NCBI GenBank assembly: GCA_022844585.1 | Contig: JALHLM010000003.1 | Span: forward strand, 1 to 42,272 | Length of the DNA stretch: 42,272 bases | Reading direction: 5' to 3' | Source of the DNA: Pirellulales bacterium | Lineage (GTDB): Bacteria > Planctomycetota > Planctomycetia > Pirellulales > JALHLM01 | Shown: positions 7,655 to 18,350 of the stretch, one piece after another | Numbering within the stretch: the first letter of the stretch is position 1 | Layout of the letters: each line of letters starts with the position of its first letter | The notes under the pieces: model-generated | Databases searched by the model: none | Seen by the model: only the letters and a program-made list of their open reading frames with translations | What the model was told of the DNA's origin: nothing | Program-made: the position numbers and the translations under genes

Positions 7655-7876
7655 ATGGCGGCCGCAATGAAACCGCGATTCTCCATTCTCGCCCTGGTCA
7701 TCGTGACCACCTATGCGGCCGTGTTCGCGGCGGCCTTGTCGCAGCCACGCGGCGTCTGGCTGTGGATCTCGCTCTATCTGGTCGCCATTCTGCCGTTCCT
7801 GATCATCGACCTGCTGATGCAACGGCGCGTCAAACGCCGCGACCAAACGGACGGACGCCCGACCGGGACTGGCTGA
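7655..7876 (+). CDS. small two-helix membrane protein (hypothetical)
   Basis: The ORF runs 7598-7876. The ATG at 7655 gives MAAAMKPRFSILALVIVTTYAAVFAAAL plus a second helix WLWISLYLVAILPFLIIDLL and a basic tail. Start uncertain. Confidence 0.5.
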   Translation: MAAAMKPRFSILALVIVTTYAAVFAAALSQPRGVWLWISLYLVAILPFLIIDLLMQRRVKRRDQTDGRPTGTG

Positions 7877-7973
7877 CGACGGCACGCATGCGGTATCTTG
7901 CCACGTACGACGCTCGGGTTTGAACTTTCCGGGCGGTCGCGGATTCATCGCCGGCAGCAACGAGGCACGACGC

Positions 7974-8783
7974 ATGGACTTGGGATTGAAAGGGCACACC
8001 GTCTTGATCACCGGCGGCGCCAGCGGCATTGGCCTGGCCACGGCGCGCGCGTTCGCGGAGGAAGGTTGTGCGTTGGTGCTGTGGGATATTTCCGCGCGCA
8101 TTGAGGCGGTCGCAATGGAGCTCGCCGCCGAGTATGGCGTGTCCGCCCATGGGATTCAGGTCGACATCGTCGATTTCAGCGCGGTGGAACGGGCGTTTCA
8201 AGCCACGCTTCAACACAGCACTAAGGTGGAGCATGTCGTCCATTGCGCCGCGATTGGTTCGACGAAGTTTGGATTTCCGTTCACGAATCTGTCGCCTGAA
8301 GATTGGAAGCGGACGCTCGACATCAACATCATGGGAATGGTGAACGTGGCCCACGCGGCCGCGCCGTATTTCGTCGAAGCGAAACGCGGGACGTTTGTGT
8401 TCCTGGCGTCTGTCGCCGGTCAGATTGGCTCGCAAACCGATCCACCGTATAGCGCCAGCAAGGCCGCGAATATCAACTTCGCGCAGTGCATGGCCAAAGA
8501 CCTGGCGAAGCACGGCGTCCGCGTGAACACCGTTTGCCCCGGCATGGTGCAGACGCCGCTGAATCGTTCCGTGTGGCAAGCGTGGCACGATCAAACGCCT
8601 GTCGCGGAACGCCTGGACTACGAAGACTGGGCTGCCATCAAGATCAAGGCGATCGTACCGCTGGGACGATGGCAAACGCCGGAAGACATCGCGGCGATGA
8701 TTGTGTTTTTATCGTCGGAGCGGGCCCAGCAAGTGACCGGACAGACGATTAACGTCGACGGCGGCTTCGTAATGCACTGGTAA
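7974..8783 (+). CDS. SDR family oxidoreductase (classical)
   Basis: The ATG at 7974 gives MDLGLKGHTVLITGGASGIGLATA. The catalytic motif YSASKAA and the PG motif (VCPGMVQTP) are canonical. Confidence 0.9.
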   Translation: MDLGLKGHTVLITGGASGIGLATARAFAEEGCALVLWDISARIEAVAMELAAEYGVSAHGIQVDIVDFSAVERAFQATLQHSTKVEHVVHCAAIGSTKFGFPFTNLSPEDWKRTLDINIMGMVNVAHAAAPYFVEAKRGTFVFLASVAGQIGSQTDPPYSASKAANINFAQCMAKDLAKHGVRVNTVCPGMVQTPLNRSVWQAWHDQTPVAERLDYEDWAAIKIKAIVPLGRWQTPEDIAAMIVFLSSERAQQVTGQTINVDGGFVMHW

Positions 8784-8818
8784 CCGTGCGGAATTTGCAT
8801 CACGGACAGTTCCTGGAA

Positions 8819-9727
8819 TCATTTTTGCGGCCCGGCGGCAGGGCTTTTCCCCGCGGGCGGCAAGCCATAGAAGGCGGCGGCGTTGTCGTGAAACAGTTTG
8901 CTCTGTGCCTTTTCGTCGTGGTCTTGCACGATCTCTCGTAGCGCCGTGACCCATTGCTGATACGTTGCGCGAAGGGTGCAAACCGGCCAGTCACTGGCGA
9001 ACATCACGCGGTCGGGGCCGAAGGTGTCGATCGTGAAGCGGACGTTCTCGGCCAGGTCTTGCGGCTTCCATCCCTCGGCGGCCGAGGCTACGATGCCGGA
9101 GACTTTGCAGACGACGTGGTCGTGTTCGGCGAGATGTTGCATCCCACTTTTCCAATGGTTGCGCGCCTTCGCGTCTTGTTCTTGCACGCTCAAGTTGCCG
9201 CAGTGATCGACGATGAAGCGTGTGTGCGGGCACATCGCGACGAGTTTGTCGGCGTCGTGCAACTCGCCGGAACGCATACAAAGGTCGAAGCTGAGGTTCG
9301 ATTCTCCCAGCAATTGAATGCCGCGCACGAACGCGGGGTCGAGGCAATAGCCAGGGGGCGTACCGGCGCCGTGCAGCACTTGCCGCACGCCTTTGATATA
9401 ACGACTGCCGCGAAACTTGTTCAGATAGACGCCGAAACCGGCATCGGCGGGCCGGCCGGACATCACGGCGGCCGTCATCGGATTGTCCGGCTGTTGGCAC
9501 AGTTCGATGACATAGCGCGCCTCGGCTTCCTGTTGCGCGGGGTCGACGTCCACCTCCATGTACACGCTTTGCACGACGTTAAGTTCCGCCGTCGCCGCGA
9601 GATAGTCGGCCACGCGGAAGCTGCGGTTCAACCTGGCTTCGTCAGCGAGCCAGGGCAGCTTGAAGAGGTCCAAGTCCCAGAGATGCTGGTGCGTATCGAC
9701 GATCGGCAGCATGTCGCGCGTGGCCAT
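8819..9727 (-). CDS. amidohydrolase-2 family metal-dependent hydrolase
   Basis: The internal ATG at 9727 gives MATRDMLPIVDTHQHLWDL, with HxH metal ligands near the N-terminus. DHCG and a later D (FASDWP) fit the amidohydrolase_2 layout. Confidence 0.8.
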   Translation of the reverse strand: MATRDMLPIVDTHQHLWDLDLFKLPWLADEARLNRSFRVADYLAATAELNVVQSVYMEVDVDPAQQEAEARYVIELCQQPDNPMTAAVMSGRPADAGFGVYLNKFRGSRYIKGVRQVLHGAGTPPGYCLDPAFVRGIQLLGESNLSFDLCMRSGELHDADKLVAMCPHTRFIVDHCGNLSVQEQDAKARNHWKSGMQHLAEHDHVVCKVSGIVASAAEGWKPQDLAENVRFTIDTFGPDRVMFASDWPVCTLRATYQQWVTALREIVQDHDEKAQSKLFHDNAAAFYGLPPAGKSPAAGPQK

Positions 9728-9847
9728 GGCGGCGGTACTCGAAGGGGGCGTGCGAAGTGCCCGAGTATAGCCGCCCCGCTGCTTCCACTCACGCCGGGAA
9801 ACTGATAAACTTGTGTTGATCCGTTCCCTGGCCATGTGGGTTGAACG

Positions 9848-12217
9848 ATGCGGTTGCTACTGGGCGCAATGCTGGCCTTCGGCGTCGCAGGACACGCGGC
9901 GAGCGCCTCGGCACAGACTGACGCTGAGCAACTCGCACATTTCGAAAAGCAAGTCCGCCCGCTGCTGCTTGAGCATTGCCAAAAGTGCCACGGACCGGAG
10001 AAGCAACGCGGCGGGTTGCGGCTCGATGCGCGCGAGCACATTCTGAGCGGAGGCGATTCCGGCCCCGCTGCCATTGCTGGTGATGCGGCCGAGAGTTTGC
10101 TGACGCAGGCAGTGTCGTACGACCATGAACTGCGGATGCCGCCGCAGGGGAAGTTATCGGAAGCAGAGCGCGCGGCGCTCGTGACCTGGGTTCAATCCGG
10201 TATGTATTGGCCGGATGCGCCGGAGGCTGAACCAACTGCGCCGCTGCCAACAGAGGCAAGTTCGCCGAAGGCGTTGCCATGGTCGTTTCTGCCGATTTCG
10301 GAGCCCGCGATTCCTGAGGTTTCGCGGCCGGAATGGGTGCGGAATGAGATTGATCGCTTCGTGTTAGCGCGACTGGATGCGGAGAAGTTGACACCTGCGC
10401 CGGAGGCGGATCGAGCGACGTTGATTCGCCGCGCGACATACGACCTGTGGGGCCTGCCGCCGACGCCGGAGGAGGTCGAGGCGTTTCTCGGGGACACGGC
10501 GACGGACGCGTACGAGCGTTTGATCGAGCGGCTGCTTGCTTCGCCGCGATATGGCGAGCGCTGGGGACGCCATTGGCTCGATGTCGCGCGCTATGCCGAC
10601 TCCAACGGCCTGGACGAAAACCTGGCTTATGTGAATGCGTTTCGCTATCGCGATTACGTGGTGGACGCGTGGAATGCGGACAAGCCGTATGATCAATTCG
10701 TGCGCGAGCAACTGTCCGGCGATCTTTTGCCATGCGACGGCGATGAAACCTTGCGGCACGAGCGCATGACGGCGACGGGGTTCCTGACACTCGGCGCGAA
10801 GATGCTGGCGGAGGACGATCCGGTCAAGATGGAGATGGACATCATCGACGAGCAGGTCGATGCCATCGGCACGGCGTTTCTCGGGCTCACGATCGGTTGC
10901 GCGCGTTGCCACGATCACAAGTTCGATCCGATCTCGACGGCCGATTACTATGCGCTCGCGGGCATCTTCAAGAGCACGCGGACGATGGACACTTTTACGG
11001 TGGTCGCGAAATGGCACGAGCGACCGCTGGCGACGGCGGATGCTGTGGCGAGCGCCGAACAACATCAGGCCGAGGTGGAGAAAAAGCGGCAGCGGATTGC
11101 CGCGGCGGAGACCGCTGGTGCGACAACACCGGGCGAGGAGCTGGCGCGATTGAAGGGGGAACTATCGGAACTGGAGCAAGCGGCGCCTGCGCCGTTGCCG
11201 TACGCGATGGCGGTGGAGGATGGCGCCGCGACCGATCTGTCGATCCACCGTCGCGGCAGCCACTTAAATCTGGGCGAAATCGTAGCGCGCGGTTTTCCGA
11301 TCGCTTTGGCCGGCGATTCCAAGACGGCGTTGCAGGGGAGCGGCCGCCGAGAATTGGCTGAGTGGATCACGCAACCGGAGCATCCGCTCACCGCGCGGGT
11401 GATGGTGAACCGGGTCTGGCGTTGGCACTTTGGCGCGGGACTGGTTCGCTCGACGGACAACTTTGGTCAATTGGGCGAACGGCCGAGTCATCCGGAATTG
11501 CTCGATTGGTTGGCGCGCCGTTTCGTCGAACAAGGCTGGTCGCTAAAGTCGCTGCATCGATTGATCATGGCGTCGGCCACGTATCGGATGAGCAGTGAAT
11601 ACGATGAACGGGCGGCGGACGTCGATCCGGACAATCGCTGGCTGTGGCGGATGCATCGGCAACGCCTGGAGGCCGAGGCGATTCGCGATGCGATTCTGTA
11701 CGTGGCCGGAAACCTGGATGAATCGCGCGGCGGGACGTTGCTAGCGTCGAAGCCACGCGAGTACGTGACCGGGACCGCCAGCCGCAACGCCACGACGTAC
11801 GACACGCCGCGGCGCAGTCTGTACTTGCCGGTAATTCGCAGTGCGCTCAACGAGATGTTCCAGGCCTTCGATTTCGCCGAGCCCAGCGTGGCCAAGGGGG
11901 ATCGAGAATCGACGACGATGGCGCCGCAAGCGCTGTTTATGCTCAACGGCGATCTGGTGCAGCAGCAGACGCATGGACTGGCGAGAAAGCTGCTCGCGGC
12001 GCATCCGGATGATGCGCGAACTCGGGTCACCGAATTGTATCTGCGCGCTTTGTCCCGAGCCCCAACCGAGGCCGAAATCGATCGCGCGTTGCGATTCGTG
12101 GGCGAGTACGCCACACATCCCGAGGCATTGTCGCCCGCCGGCGATCCGACGCTGGCGGCCTGGCAGGCGTTGTGTCGCGTAATCTTCGCTTCGAGTGAAT
12201 TCATCTATGTGAATTGA
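9848..12217 (+). CDS. PSCyt (planctomycete cytochrome c) + DUF1549 + DUF1553 domain protein
   Basis: Signal peptide, then the heme-binding CQKCH at 9977-9991 in the context CHGPEKQRGGLRLD. A DUF1549-like stretch (RRATYDLWGLPPTPEEVEAFL) and a DUF1553-like stretch (CARCHDHKFDPISTADYYALAGIF) follow. Confidence 0.9.
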   Translation: MRLLLGAMLAFGVAGHAASASAQTDAEQLAHFEKQVRPLLLEHCQKCHGPEKQRGGLRLDAREHILSGGDSGPAAIAGDAAESLLTQAVSYDHELRMPPQGKLSEAERAALVTWVQSGMYWPDAPEAEPTAPLPTEASSPKALPWSFLPISEPAIPEVSRPEWVRNEIDRFVLARLDAEKLTPAPEADRATLIRRATYDLWGLPPTPEEVEAFLGDTATDAYERLIERLLASPRYGERWGRHWLDVARYADSNGLDENLAYVNAFRYRDYVVDAWNADKPYDQFVREQLSGDLLPCDGDETLRHERMTATGFLTLGAKMLAEDDPVKMEMDIIDEQVDAIGTAFLGLTIGCARCHDHKFDPISTADYYALAGIFKSTRTMDTFTVVAKWHERPLATADAVASAEQHQAEVEKKRQRIAAAETAGATTPGEELARLKGELSELEQAAPAPLPYAMAVEDGAATDLSIHRRGSHLNLGEIVARGFPIALAGDSKTALQGSGRRELAEWITQPEHPLTARVMVNRVWRWHFGAGLVRSTDNFGQLGERPSHPELLDWLARRFVEQGWSLKSLHRLIMASATYRMSSEYDERAADVDPDNRWLWRMHRQRLEAEAIRDAILYVAGNLDESRGGTLLASKPREYVTGTASRNATTYDTPRRSLYLPVIRSALNEMFQAFDFAEPSVAKGDRESTTMAPQALFMLNGDLVQQQTHGLARKLLAAHPDDARTRVTELYLRALSRAPTEAEIDRALRFVGEYATHPEALSPAGDPTLAAWQALCRVIFASSEFIYVN

Positions 12218-12223
12218 GCCCCC

Positions 12224-13642
12224 ATGAGCCGAGCCTGTCATCGCTTTACGCCGGTGTTCTCGCGACGCGAGTTATTGCGCTCGTCGGCGGGCGGTTTCGG
12301 TTGGCTGGCGCTGCGTGCGCTGATGGCTAGCGAACGCGCTAGTGGCGCGGCGATGGAAAATCCGCTCGCGGCGCGGGCGCCGCATTTCGTGCCGAAGGCC
12401 AAACGCGTGATCTTCCTGTTTATGCACGGCGGACCGTCGCAGATCGACACGTTCGACTACAAACCGCTCTTAACGCGCGATCACGGCCAGCCGCTGCCAT
12501 TCGCCAAGCCACGCGTCGTTTCCTCGCAGACGGGGAACTTGCTGGCCAGTCCCTGGAAATTCCAACAGCATGGGCAGAGCGGCGCTTGGGTGAGTGAACT
12601 GTTTCCGCATGTCGCCCAGCAGGTCGATCAGCTATGCATCTTGCGCGGGATGCATGGGTCAAATTCGCGGCACGGCGGGGCGTTGTTGGAATTGCACACA
12701 GGCAGCGATACCTTCGTGCGCCCGAGCATGGGTTCGTGGATTTGCTACGGGCTCGGGACGGAGAACGACAACCTGCCGGGGTATGTCACGATCTGCCCGA
12801 CGTTGACGCACGGCGGCGTGAACAACTACAGTTCCGCGTTCCTGCCGGCGGTCTATCACGGCACGCCGCTGGGAAATGCCAGCGTCTCGTCGGACCAGGC
12901 GAAGATTCCGTTTATCGAGCGCAAGGTTCCCTCGTCGCTGCAGCGTATGGAGCTGGATTATCTGCGCGAAGTCAACGCGGCACAGTTGTCGCAAACCGGG
13001 CCTGACGCGGCGCTCGAAGGACGGATCGAAGCGTTTGAACTCGCCTACCGGATGCAGACGGAAGCCCCGGAGTTGCAGGACATCAGCGGCGAAACGGCAT
13101 ACACAGAGCAACTCTACGGGCTCGATCAGCCGGAGACGCGCAACTTCGGGCGGCAATGCCTGATGGCTCGGCGCTTTGCCGAGCGCGGAGTGCGATTCGT
13201 TCAGGTGACGCACAGTTACAAGTGGGATCAACACAGTGGCTTGAAGAAAGATCATTCCAGCAACGCGATGGAAGTTGATCGGCCGATCGCCGGATTGTTG
13301 CAGGACTTGAAGGCGCGCGGGCTGCTGGATGACACGCTCGTCGTGTGGGGCGGCGAGTTCGGCCGCACGCCGACGGCGCAAGGGGACGACGGGCGCGATC
13401 ACAATCCGCACGGGTTCACGATGTGGCTGGCTGGCGGCGGGGTGAAGCCGGGCATCACGCACGGCGCCACGGACGACTACGGTTACTACGCCGTGGAAGG
13501 CAAAGTTCACTTCCACGATTTGCACGCCACGATCTTGCACTTGCTCGGTCTCGAACACACCCGGCTCACGTATCGCCATGCCGGACGCGATTTCCGCCTC
13601 ACCGACGTGCATGGCGAACTGGTGTCCGAAATCCTCGCATAA
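12224..13642 (+). CDS. DUF1501 domain protein (sulfatase/alkaline-phosphatase-like), Tat-type leader
   Basis: Starts 6 nt after the upstream stop. Leader SRRELLRSSAGGFGWLALRAL. Contains FLFMHGGPSQIDTFDYKP and GGEFGRTP...DHN motifs and ends ...RLTDVHGELVSEILA. Confidence 0.9.
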   Translation: MSRACHRFTPVFSRRELLRSSAGGFGWLALRALMASERASGAAMENPLAARAPHFVPKAKRVIFLFMHGGPSQIDTFDYKPLLTRDHGQPLPFAKPRVVSSQTGNLLASPWKFQQHGQSGAWVSELFPHVAQQVDQLCILRGMHGSNSRHGGALLELHTGSDTFVRPSMGSWICYGLGTENDNLPGYVTICPTLTHGGVNNYSSAFLPAVYHGTPLGNASVSSDQAKIPFIERKVPSSLQRMELDYLREVNAAQLSQTGPDAALEGRIEAFELAYRMQTEAPELQDISGETAYTEQLYGLDQPETRNFGRQCLMARRFAERGVRFVQVTHSYKWDQHSGLKKDHSSNAMEVDRPIAGLLQDLKARGLLDDTLVVWGGEFGRTPTAQGDDGRDHNPHGFTMWLAGGGVKPGITHGATDDYGYYAVEGKVHFHDLHATILHLLGLEHTRLTYRHAGRDFRLTDVHGELVSEILA

Positions 13643-13649
13643 TGCCCGA

Positions 13650-15680
13650 CTAAGGGCGCAGCCGCCACTTTTCGTCGAAGAAGGCGGCTTCCACGATCTT
13701 GCCTGGGCGCCGCGAGTTCGGCGGCGTGCGGACGTCGATGATCGCCCAGTCCGGCAATTTAGCGACCTGGCGGGCGTTGTTGAGATAGTCGTACTCGCGA
13801 AACGTCACGCCGCTGTTGAGGACGACGTACCGCTGCGGGTTTAACGGATTCGGCGCGATCAGAATCGGCACGTGGTGGTCGGTGGAGTACGCGCGGTCGT
13901 TCACGTGAATGTTTCCATCGGCAACGCGAAGGGGCAGTTGTTCGGCGATGCGGGCCCAGAGTGCGTTGCTCTCGGCGTCGCCCCAGAGCACGAGGTTGCG
14001 GTTGGCAATGTCGTCGTCGGTGACGTCAACGTCGTTCTTGATCGGGGCCTCGCCACGGAACTGTTTGCGCCAGGCTTCCGTGGCATGCGCCACTTCCTGT
14101 GTCGTCCAATTCTTGATCTGCTCATTCGCGAATGGCCTTGTGGGACGCACGAACAGAAACGCATCCATGAATGCGTCGTCGATGGGTCCCTGCAAGCCGT
14201 GTCGCTTTCGCGGCGTTTCGCCATCCGGCGCGGGACCAAGCTTCCAGGCGTTCGATTCGCGATGCAATTGGCAAGTCCAGGAACGATCCGAAAGCGGCAC
14301 GGGGGCGGTGAGCGATTCGCCATCGATCTCAACCGTCACGGCACTCGTCGGATCGAGCGGGCACCGGCCGGAGGGAAAGGCAAGCGTCAGGGCAGTGACG
14401 TTTTCGGTGTTGAGATTGATCCTGACGTCGGATTCCAATTCGGCGTCGACTCGGGCCCGTGTCCAATGTTCACCCAGCGCGTCGACGGTCAGCCAGGCCT
14501 GGCGGTTGTAACGCAAGGTATAGGTGTCGAATTGCAAACGGCGCGGAAAGCGCTCTCGGCCGCGCGCCGCGAGGTCCGTGAGCGCCGCTTCGATTTCGAC
14601 TTTGGCTTGCGGATGATACGAGTGCTTGGCGCCGGGGCCGATGATGTGCCGGAGCGTGAGGCCTTCCTTCAACATGGCGGTGGCCATAACGTCCGCCGCT
14701 TGCTTTTGCACGTCGAGCTCGCCGCTGTAGGCGATCGTGGGACATTGTAGGAGATTGCGCGCGTAGTCGGTGCAGTCGTACCAATGCCAGAGGCGGCGTT
14801 CGTAGTCCGGCGCGCCGCTGACATCCTCCTGCTGGAACACGCGGAGAAAGTCGGGAGTTTCGGAGAAGCCGGCGCCGGGCGCGGCGGCGCACCATTGGTC
14901 GGCGTAGTGAACGGCGAATTGCCAACACGCGGCGCCTCCCATGGAAAACCCGCGGACGAGGATGCGATCGTCGTCGACGTGATAGTGTCGCTTCACGTCT
15001 TCCAGCGCTTCCAGTGTGTCGATTTCGCCCGCGAATTTGTTGGCATTGCAGTAGCGCCCGTAAGGATGCAGGACCAAGGTGTCGGGGGGCGCGAATTCTC
15101 CGGCGGAGCGGCTGCGTTCGGAGAGAAAGTTGACTTCGCTGAGCTTTTCGCCGCGGCCGTGAAACCAAATGTCGAGGCGATTGCGCGATCCCTGGGACAG
15201 CGAGTAGGTTTCCGGCACGACCATGCCATAGGGTTGCACGGAACCGTCGATGCGCGAAACGTAGCCGCGCACCACTAATCCGGTCGCGTTGTTCCAAGTG
15301 GCCTGGTCGTGCGCCAATTCCCGCGCGCGGCTTTTGCCATCGAAGAGTAGTTGCCTGGCCCGCGCGACGTCGTCCTCATCGTAGAATCCGTTGTGATCCA
15401 ACGCCATGCGCACGGCGCTGGCGAATACTTGCACGTCCGGCAGGTACTCGTTGCAGAACGGATCGTTACGTTGGATGAGCCCGTTGATCTCGCCTTCAAG
15501 CTCGGCGAGCTCAGTCCGCAACGACTCCCGCGTTTCCTGAGTGAGTTCGATTCCCGGCGGCGGCACCGGTCGAACGCGCTCCACGAGGTTGTCGTCGGGG
15601 CCGTCGGCGCGAAGTTGGCCGCCGAGAAGCAGCGAAGCGACCAGGCATGTGCAAGATAACATCCAGCGGTGGGCGCGCAT
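13650..15680 (-). CDS. secreted alpha/beta-hydrolase (prolyl-oligopeptidase/esterase-like) protein
   Basis: The ATG at 15680 gives the signal peptide MRAHRWMLSCTCLVASLLLGGQLRADG. The nucleophile elbow is GFSMGG. The ORF-track extension to 15836 has no signal peptide and is rejected. Confidence 0.75.
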   Translation of the reverse strand: MRAHRWMLSCTCLVASLLLGGQLRADGPDDNLVERVRPVPPPGIELTQETRESLRTELAELEGEINGLIQRNDPFCNEYLPDVQVFASAVRMALDHNGFYDEDDVARARQLLFDGKSRARELAHDQATWNNATGLVVRGYVSRIDGSVQPYGMVVPETYSLSQGSRNRLDIWFHGRGEKLSEVNFLSERSRSAGEFAPPDTLVLHPYGRYCNANKFAGEIDTLEALEDVKRHYHVDDDRILVRGFSMGGAACWQFAVHYADQWCAAAPGAGFSETPDFLRVFQQEDVSGAPDYERRLWHWYDCTDYARNLLQCPTIAYSGELDVQKQAADVMATAMLKEGLTLRHIIGPGAKHSYHPQAKVEIEAALTDLAARGRERFPRRLQFDTYTLRYNRQAWLTVDALGEHWTRARVDAELESDVRINLNTENVTALTLAFPSGRCPLDPTSAVTVEIDGESLTAPVPLSDRSWTCQLHRESNAWKLGPAPDGETPRKRHGLQGPIDDAFMDAFLFVRPTRPFANEQIKNWTTQEVAHATEAWRKQFRGEAPIKNDVDVTDDDIANRNLVLWGDAESNALWARIAEQLPLRVADGNIHVNDRAYSTDHHVPILIAPNPLNPQRYVVLNSGVTFREYDYLNNARQVAKLPDWAIIDVRTPPNSRRPGKIVEAAFFDEKWRLRP

Positions 15681-15790
15681 CGTGGGAAAGTCCGGTGACA
15701 GGAGCGATCGATTCCTCGTGACGAGGAACGCAGGTGTGACGCCACCGAGGATAGGCACGCGCGGCTTGGATTGCAAGCAAGGCGACGCCG

Positions 15791-18253
15791 TTACTCCTTG
15801 GCGGGGACGACTTCTTCGCGATCCTTGATGAGCCACACCTCAGAGACCTGGCAGCCGCGGCCGTTGTCGCCGCGGCCGGGCTCGCGATGCCATTGCAACG
15901 TGAGCGTGCCGCTGGCCGTCGCCGCTCGCGGAATTGAGAACTCGACGGGCTGAATGGGCGACGGCTTGTCGAAGAGTGGATGCACTTCGAGGTTGTCGTT
16001 GGCCGTCAGGCGTACGCGCTTTTCCGGGCCGTCGCCGGCGTAGACCACGCGAATCCGATAACTTTCGCTTGGGTCGAGGTCTTCGTAGCGCAAGGTGAGC
16101 GGCGCGTCGTTCATGGACTCCGCGTGGTCGAGCCACGACGTGCGCCAGCGCTCGGTGTCGACGGGATCATCGTCGGACACGTTGTCTGGTCCGGCAAACC
16201 CGGCGTGCGCGGATTGCAAGAAGGAAGGGTCCGTATCGAAGCCTTCGCCGACCACCAAGTGCGGCTGGCTCGAATAGTTGCCGAGATCGTCGTAGAAGCC
16301 GCCCGGGCCAGGATTGGTCCAGTCGACGATGTCCCGTAAGCCCTCGAGACGAGCCGCTTCGTCCGAATTGCGGCGCAACTCGGCAAAGCGTTGCTTCAGC
16401 CAAAAGCGATTGTTGAGCGGATAGTCGACCGTATCAAGCGTGGCGCCGCGACCGACGTGGATCGCTTGAAAGCGCGGAACGGAAGTTTGCATGCGGATGC
16501 TCTGATACAGGGCATCGGCCAACGACACGATCCGTGCACGCAGCTCCGGCGCGACGGGCGCGGCGTGGGCGGCGTCAAGCGATTGTTCCGCGGCGTCCAT
16601 GGCTGCGAGCGCGCCGACTTGATCGGCAGACCGCAGCCGATCGAGGGCGTCGGACTCACTCGTGATCGCAACCAACAAACGGCGACGTTCGTAGGCATCG
16701 TAGTAGGCCCTGTAGAGAGCCTGCTGAAAGCGCCAGTTGTCGAGCAGCTTCGCATCGGCGGCGCGCTCCATGGCCTGAAACTGGCGCAGTGTCGTTTCAA
16801 CTTGTTCATTCGACGCCAGTGGTGCGCGCCAATTGCGCTCCAGCGCAAGCAAACCTTGGGCAAAGTCGTCGCGCAGTTTTGTGTCGATGAAATAAGCCGA
16901 GTAGTCGCGCAAGGCATCGATGACCGGTGCGTCGGGATCCCAGCCGAGAGCACTCCAGACCGTCTTGTTGACGTCGTCGTTGCAGCCTTCGGAGTAGGTG
17001 AGAAAACCGATCGTGCCGGACTGGAGCTGTCGGAAGATGTTGGCTTCGCCGAGGGACCGGGGATTGATGCATTCGCGGCCGTGCGTGACGGCCAGTGCGA
17101 AGTCCCAATCCGGCACTGGATACTGGCACTGCCGGCTGTGGGTGATGTCGGGATAGCGTCGGACCGGGTATTTTTTTGGCAATTGTGCGAGTAGCACTGG
17201 CAACGAAACGCGGACTTGTGGACCGAACACGATGCCATCCAGCCAGGCCGGTTCATCGCGGCGAAGGATTTCCAGGAATTCATCCAACCAGACCTGCGAG
17301 AACCCTTGCGGGGAAACCCACAGCTGCGCCTTCGGATGCGTGCGGCGCAAAACCTGCTTCGCGCGTTCCAGATAACCGAGCAGGTGCTTGGGCTGCGTGT
17401 GTCCCGGGTCGCCGCCGGGGACAAACACGGCGTCGATGCGGGGGAGCTTGGCGAACACTGCGCCCCATTCGCGGAGTTCTGTCTCCACGGTCGCCGTGTT
17501 CGTGTAGTCGGCGGCCATGGCCGGAAACCAGATCCAGACATCGAGGTCGTACCCGTCAGCGAGGCCGGACATGCCGACCATCATCTCCAGCGGCGGGCGC
17601 GGGAAATGCGGGCTGGTGGCGTCATCGTCCGTCCGCGGCGGAACTAACTCGACCGCGTTCGCGCCGAAGACGATCAAGTCGCGATAGTACTGCTCCCACT
17701 GCGGCAGGTCCCAGGCGTCGTAGCTGTTCGTCTTGGGACGATAGCCGAGTTGATGGCCGCGCAGCGAGTATTTTGGCGACGAGGAGACGTTTACGTCGTC
17801 GGGAAGCGCCAAGTTGCCCGTCGCCATCGCAAACATCCGCAACAGCCGTCCAACGCCGAAGAACACGCCGCGGTCGTCGTTGCCTGTTAGAAGCACCGCG
17901 CTCTTGCCGTCCGCGCTCGCCGTGCGCAAGGAGTACCCTTCGGGCGCGGCGGGCGATGTTGACGGCTCAAGCAGCCCACTAAATCGTTTCGCGCTCGCTG
18001 GCGGCGTGTTGCGGTCCGAGATGACAATTGCCGTCGCCAAGTCGTCGCGCCACGCCTTCACGACAGGCAAGCGCGCGCCGGTGCGTTTTCCGATCTCTTC
18101 CACGAGCATTTGCGCGGCTTTCATTTGCCGCGCGGACGCATTGGGACTTACGACCACTTCCGCCTTGGTGAGATCCAGTGTTCTGGCGCACGTCGCCGAG
18201 CCGAGGAGCGAAGCCAGGAGGAACGCCAACCACAGCGCCAACGAAGTTTTCAT
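15791..18253 (-). CDS. secreted hypothetical protein, possibly a glycoside-hydrolase-like TIM-barrel enzyme
   Basis: 820 aa with signal peptide MKTSLALWLAFLLASLLGSATCA. The N-terminal module resembles those preceding GH20/GH67/GH115-type catalytic domains. The family assignment is not secure. Confidence 0.6.
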   Translation of the reverse strand: MKTSLALWLAFLLASLLGSATCARTLDLTKAEVVVSPNASARQMKAAQMLVEEIGKRTGARLPVVKAWRDDLATAIVISDRNTPPASAKRFSGLLEPSTSPAAPEGYSLRTASADGKSAVLLTGNDDRGVFFGVGRLLRMFAMATGNLALPDDVNVSSSPKYSLRGHQLGYRPKTNSYDAWDLPQWEQYYRDLIVFGANAVELVPPRTDDDATSPHFPRPPLEMMVGMSGLADGYDLDVWIWFPAMAADYTNTATVETELREWGAVFAKLPRIDAVFVPGGDPGHTQPKHLLGYLERAKQVLRRTHPKAQLWVSPQGFSQVWLDEFLEILRRDEPAWLDGIVFGPQVRVSLPVLLAQLPKKYPVRRYPDITHSRQCQYPVPDWDFALAVTHGRECINPRSLGEANIFRQLQSGTIGFLTYSEGCNDDVNKTVWSALGWDPDAPVIDALRDYSAYFIDTKLRDDFAQGLLALERNWRAPLASNEQVETTLRQFQAMERAADAKLLDNWRFQQALYRAYYDAYERRRLLVAITSESDALDRLRSADQVGALAAMDAAEQSLDAAHAAPVAPELRARIVSLADALYQSIRMQTSVPRFQAIHVGRGATLDTVDYPLNNRFWLKQRFAELRRNSDEAARLEGLRDIVDWTNPGPGGFYDDLGNYSSQPHLVVGEGFDTDPSFLQSAHAGFAGPDNVSDDDPVDTERWRTSWLDHAESMNDAPLTLRYEDLDPSESYRIRVVYAGDGPEKRVRLTANDNLEVHPLFDKPSPIQPVEFSIPRAATASGTLTLQWHREPGRGDNGRGCQVSEVWLIKDREEVVPAKE

Positions 18254-18350
18254 GGATGAGAATTCCCAAGTGCGACGGCATGTTCAGCAAGTTGTGCGGT
18301 GCGGGGACTGGCGGCGACCGTGTTCCAAATCGCGCTGCGCGATGCGACGG

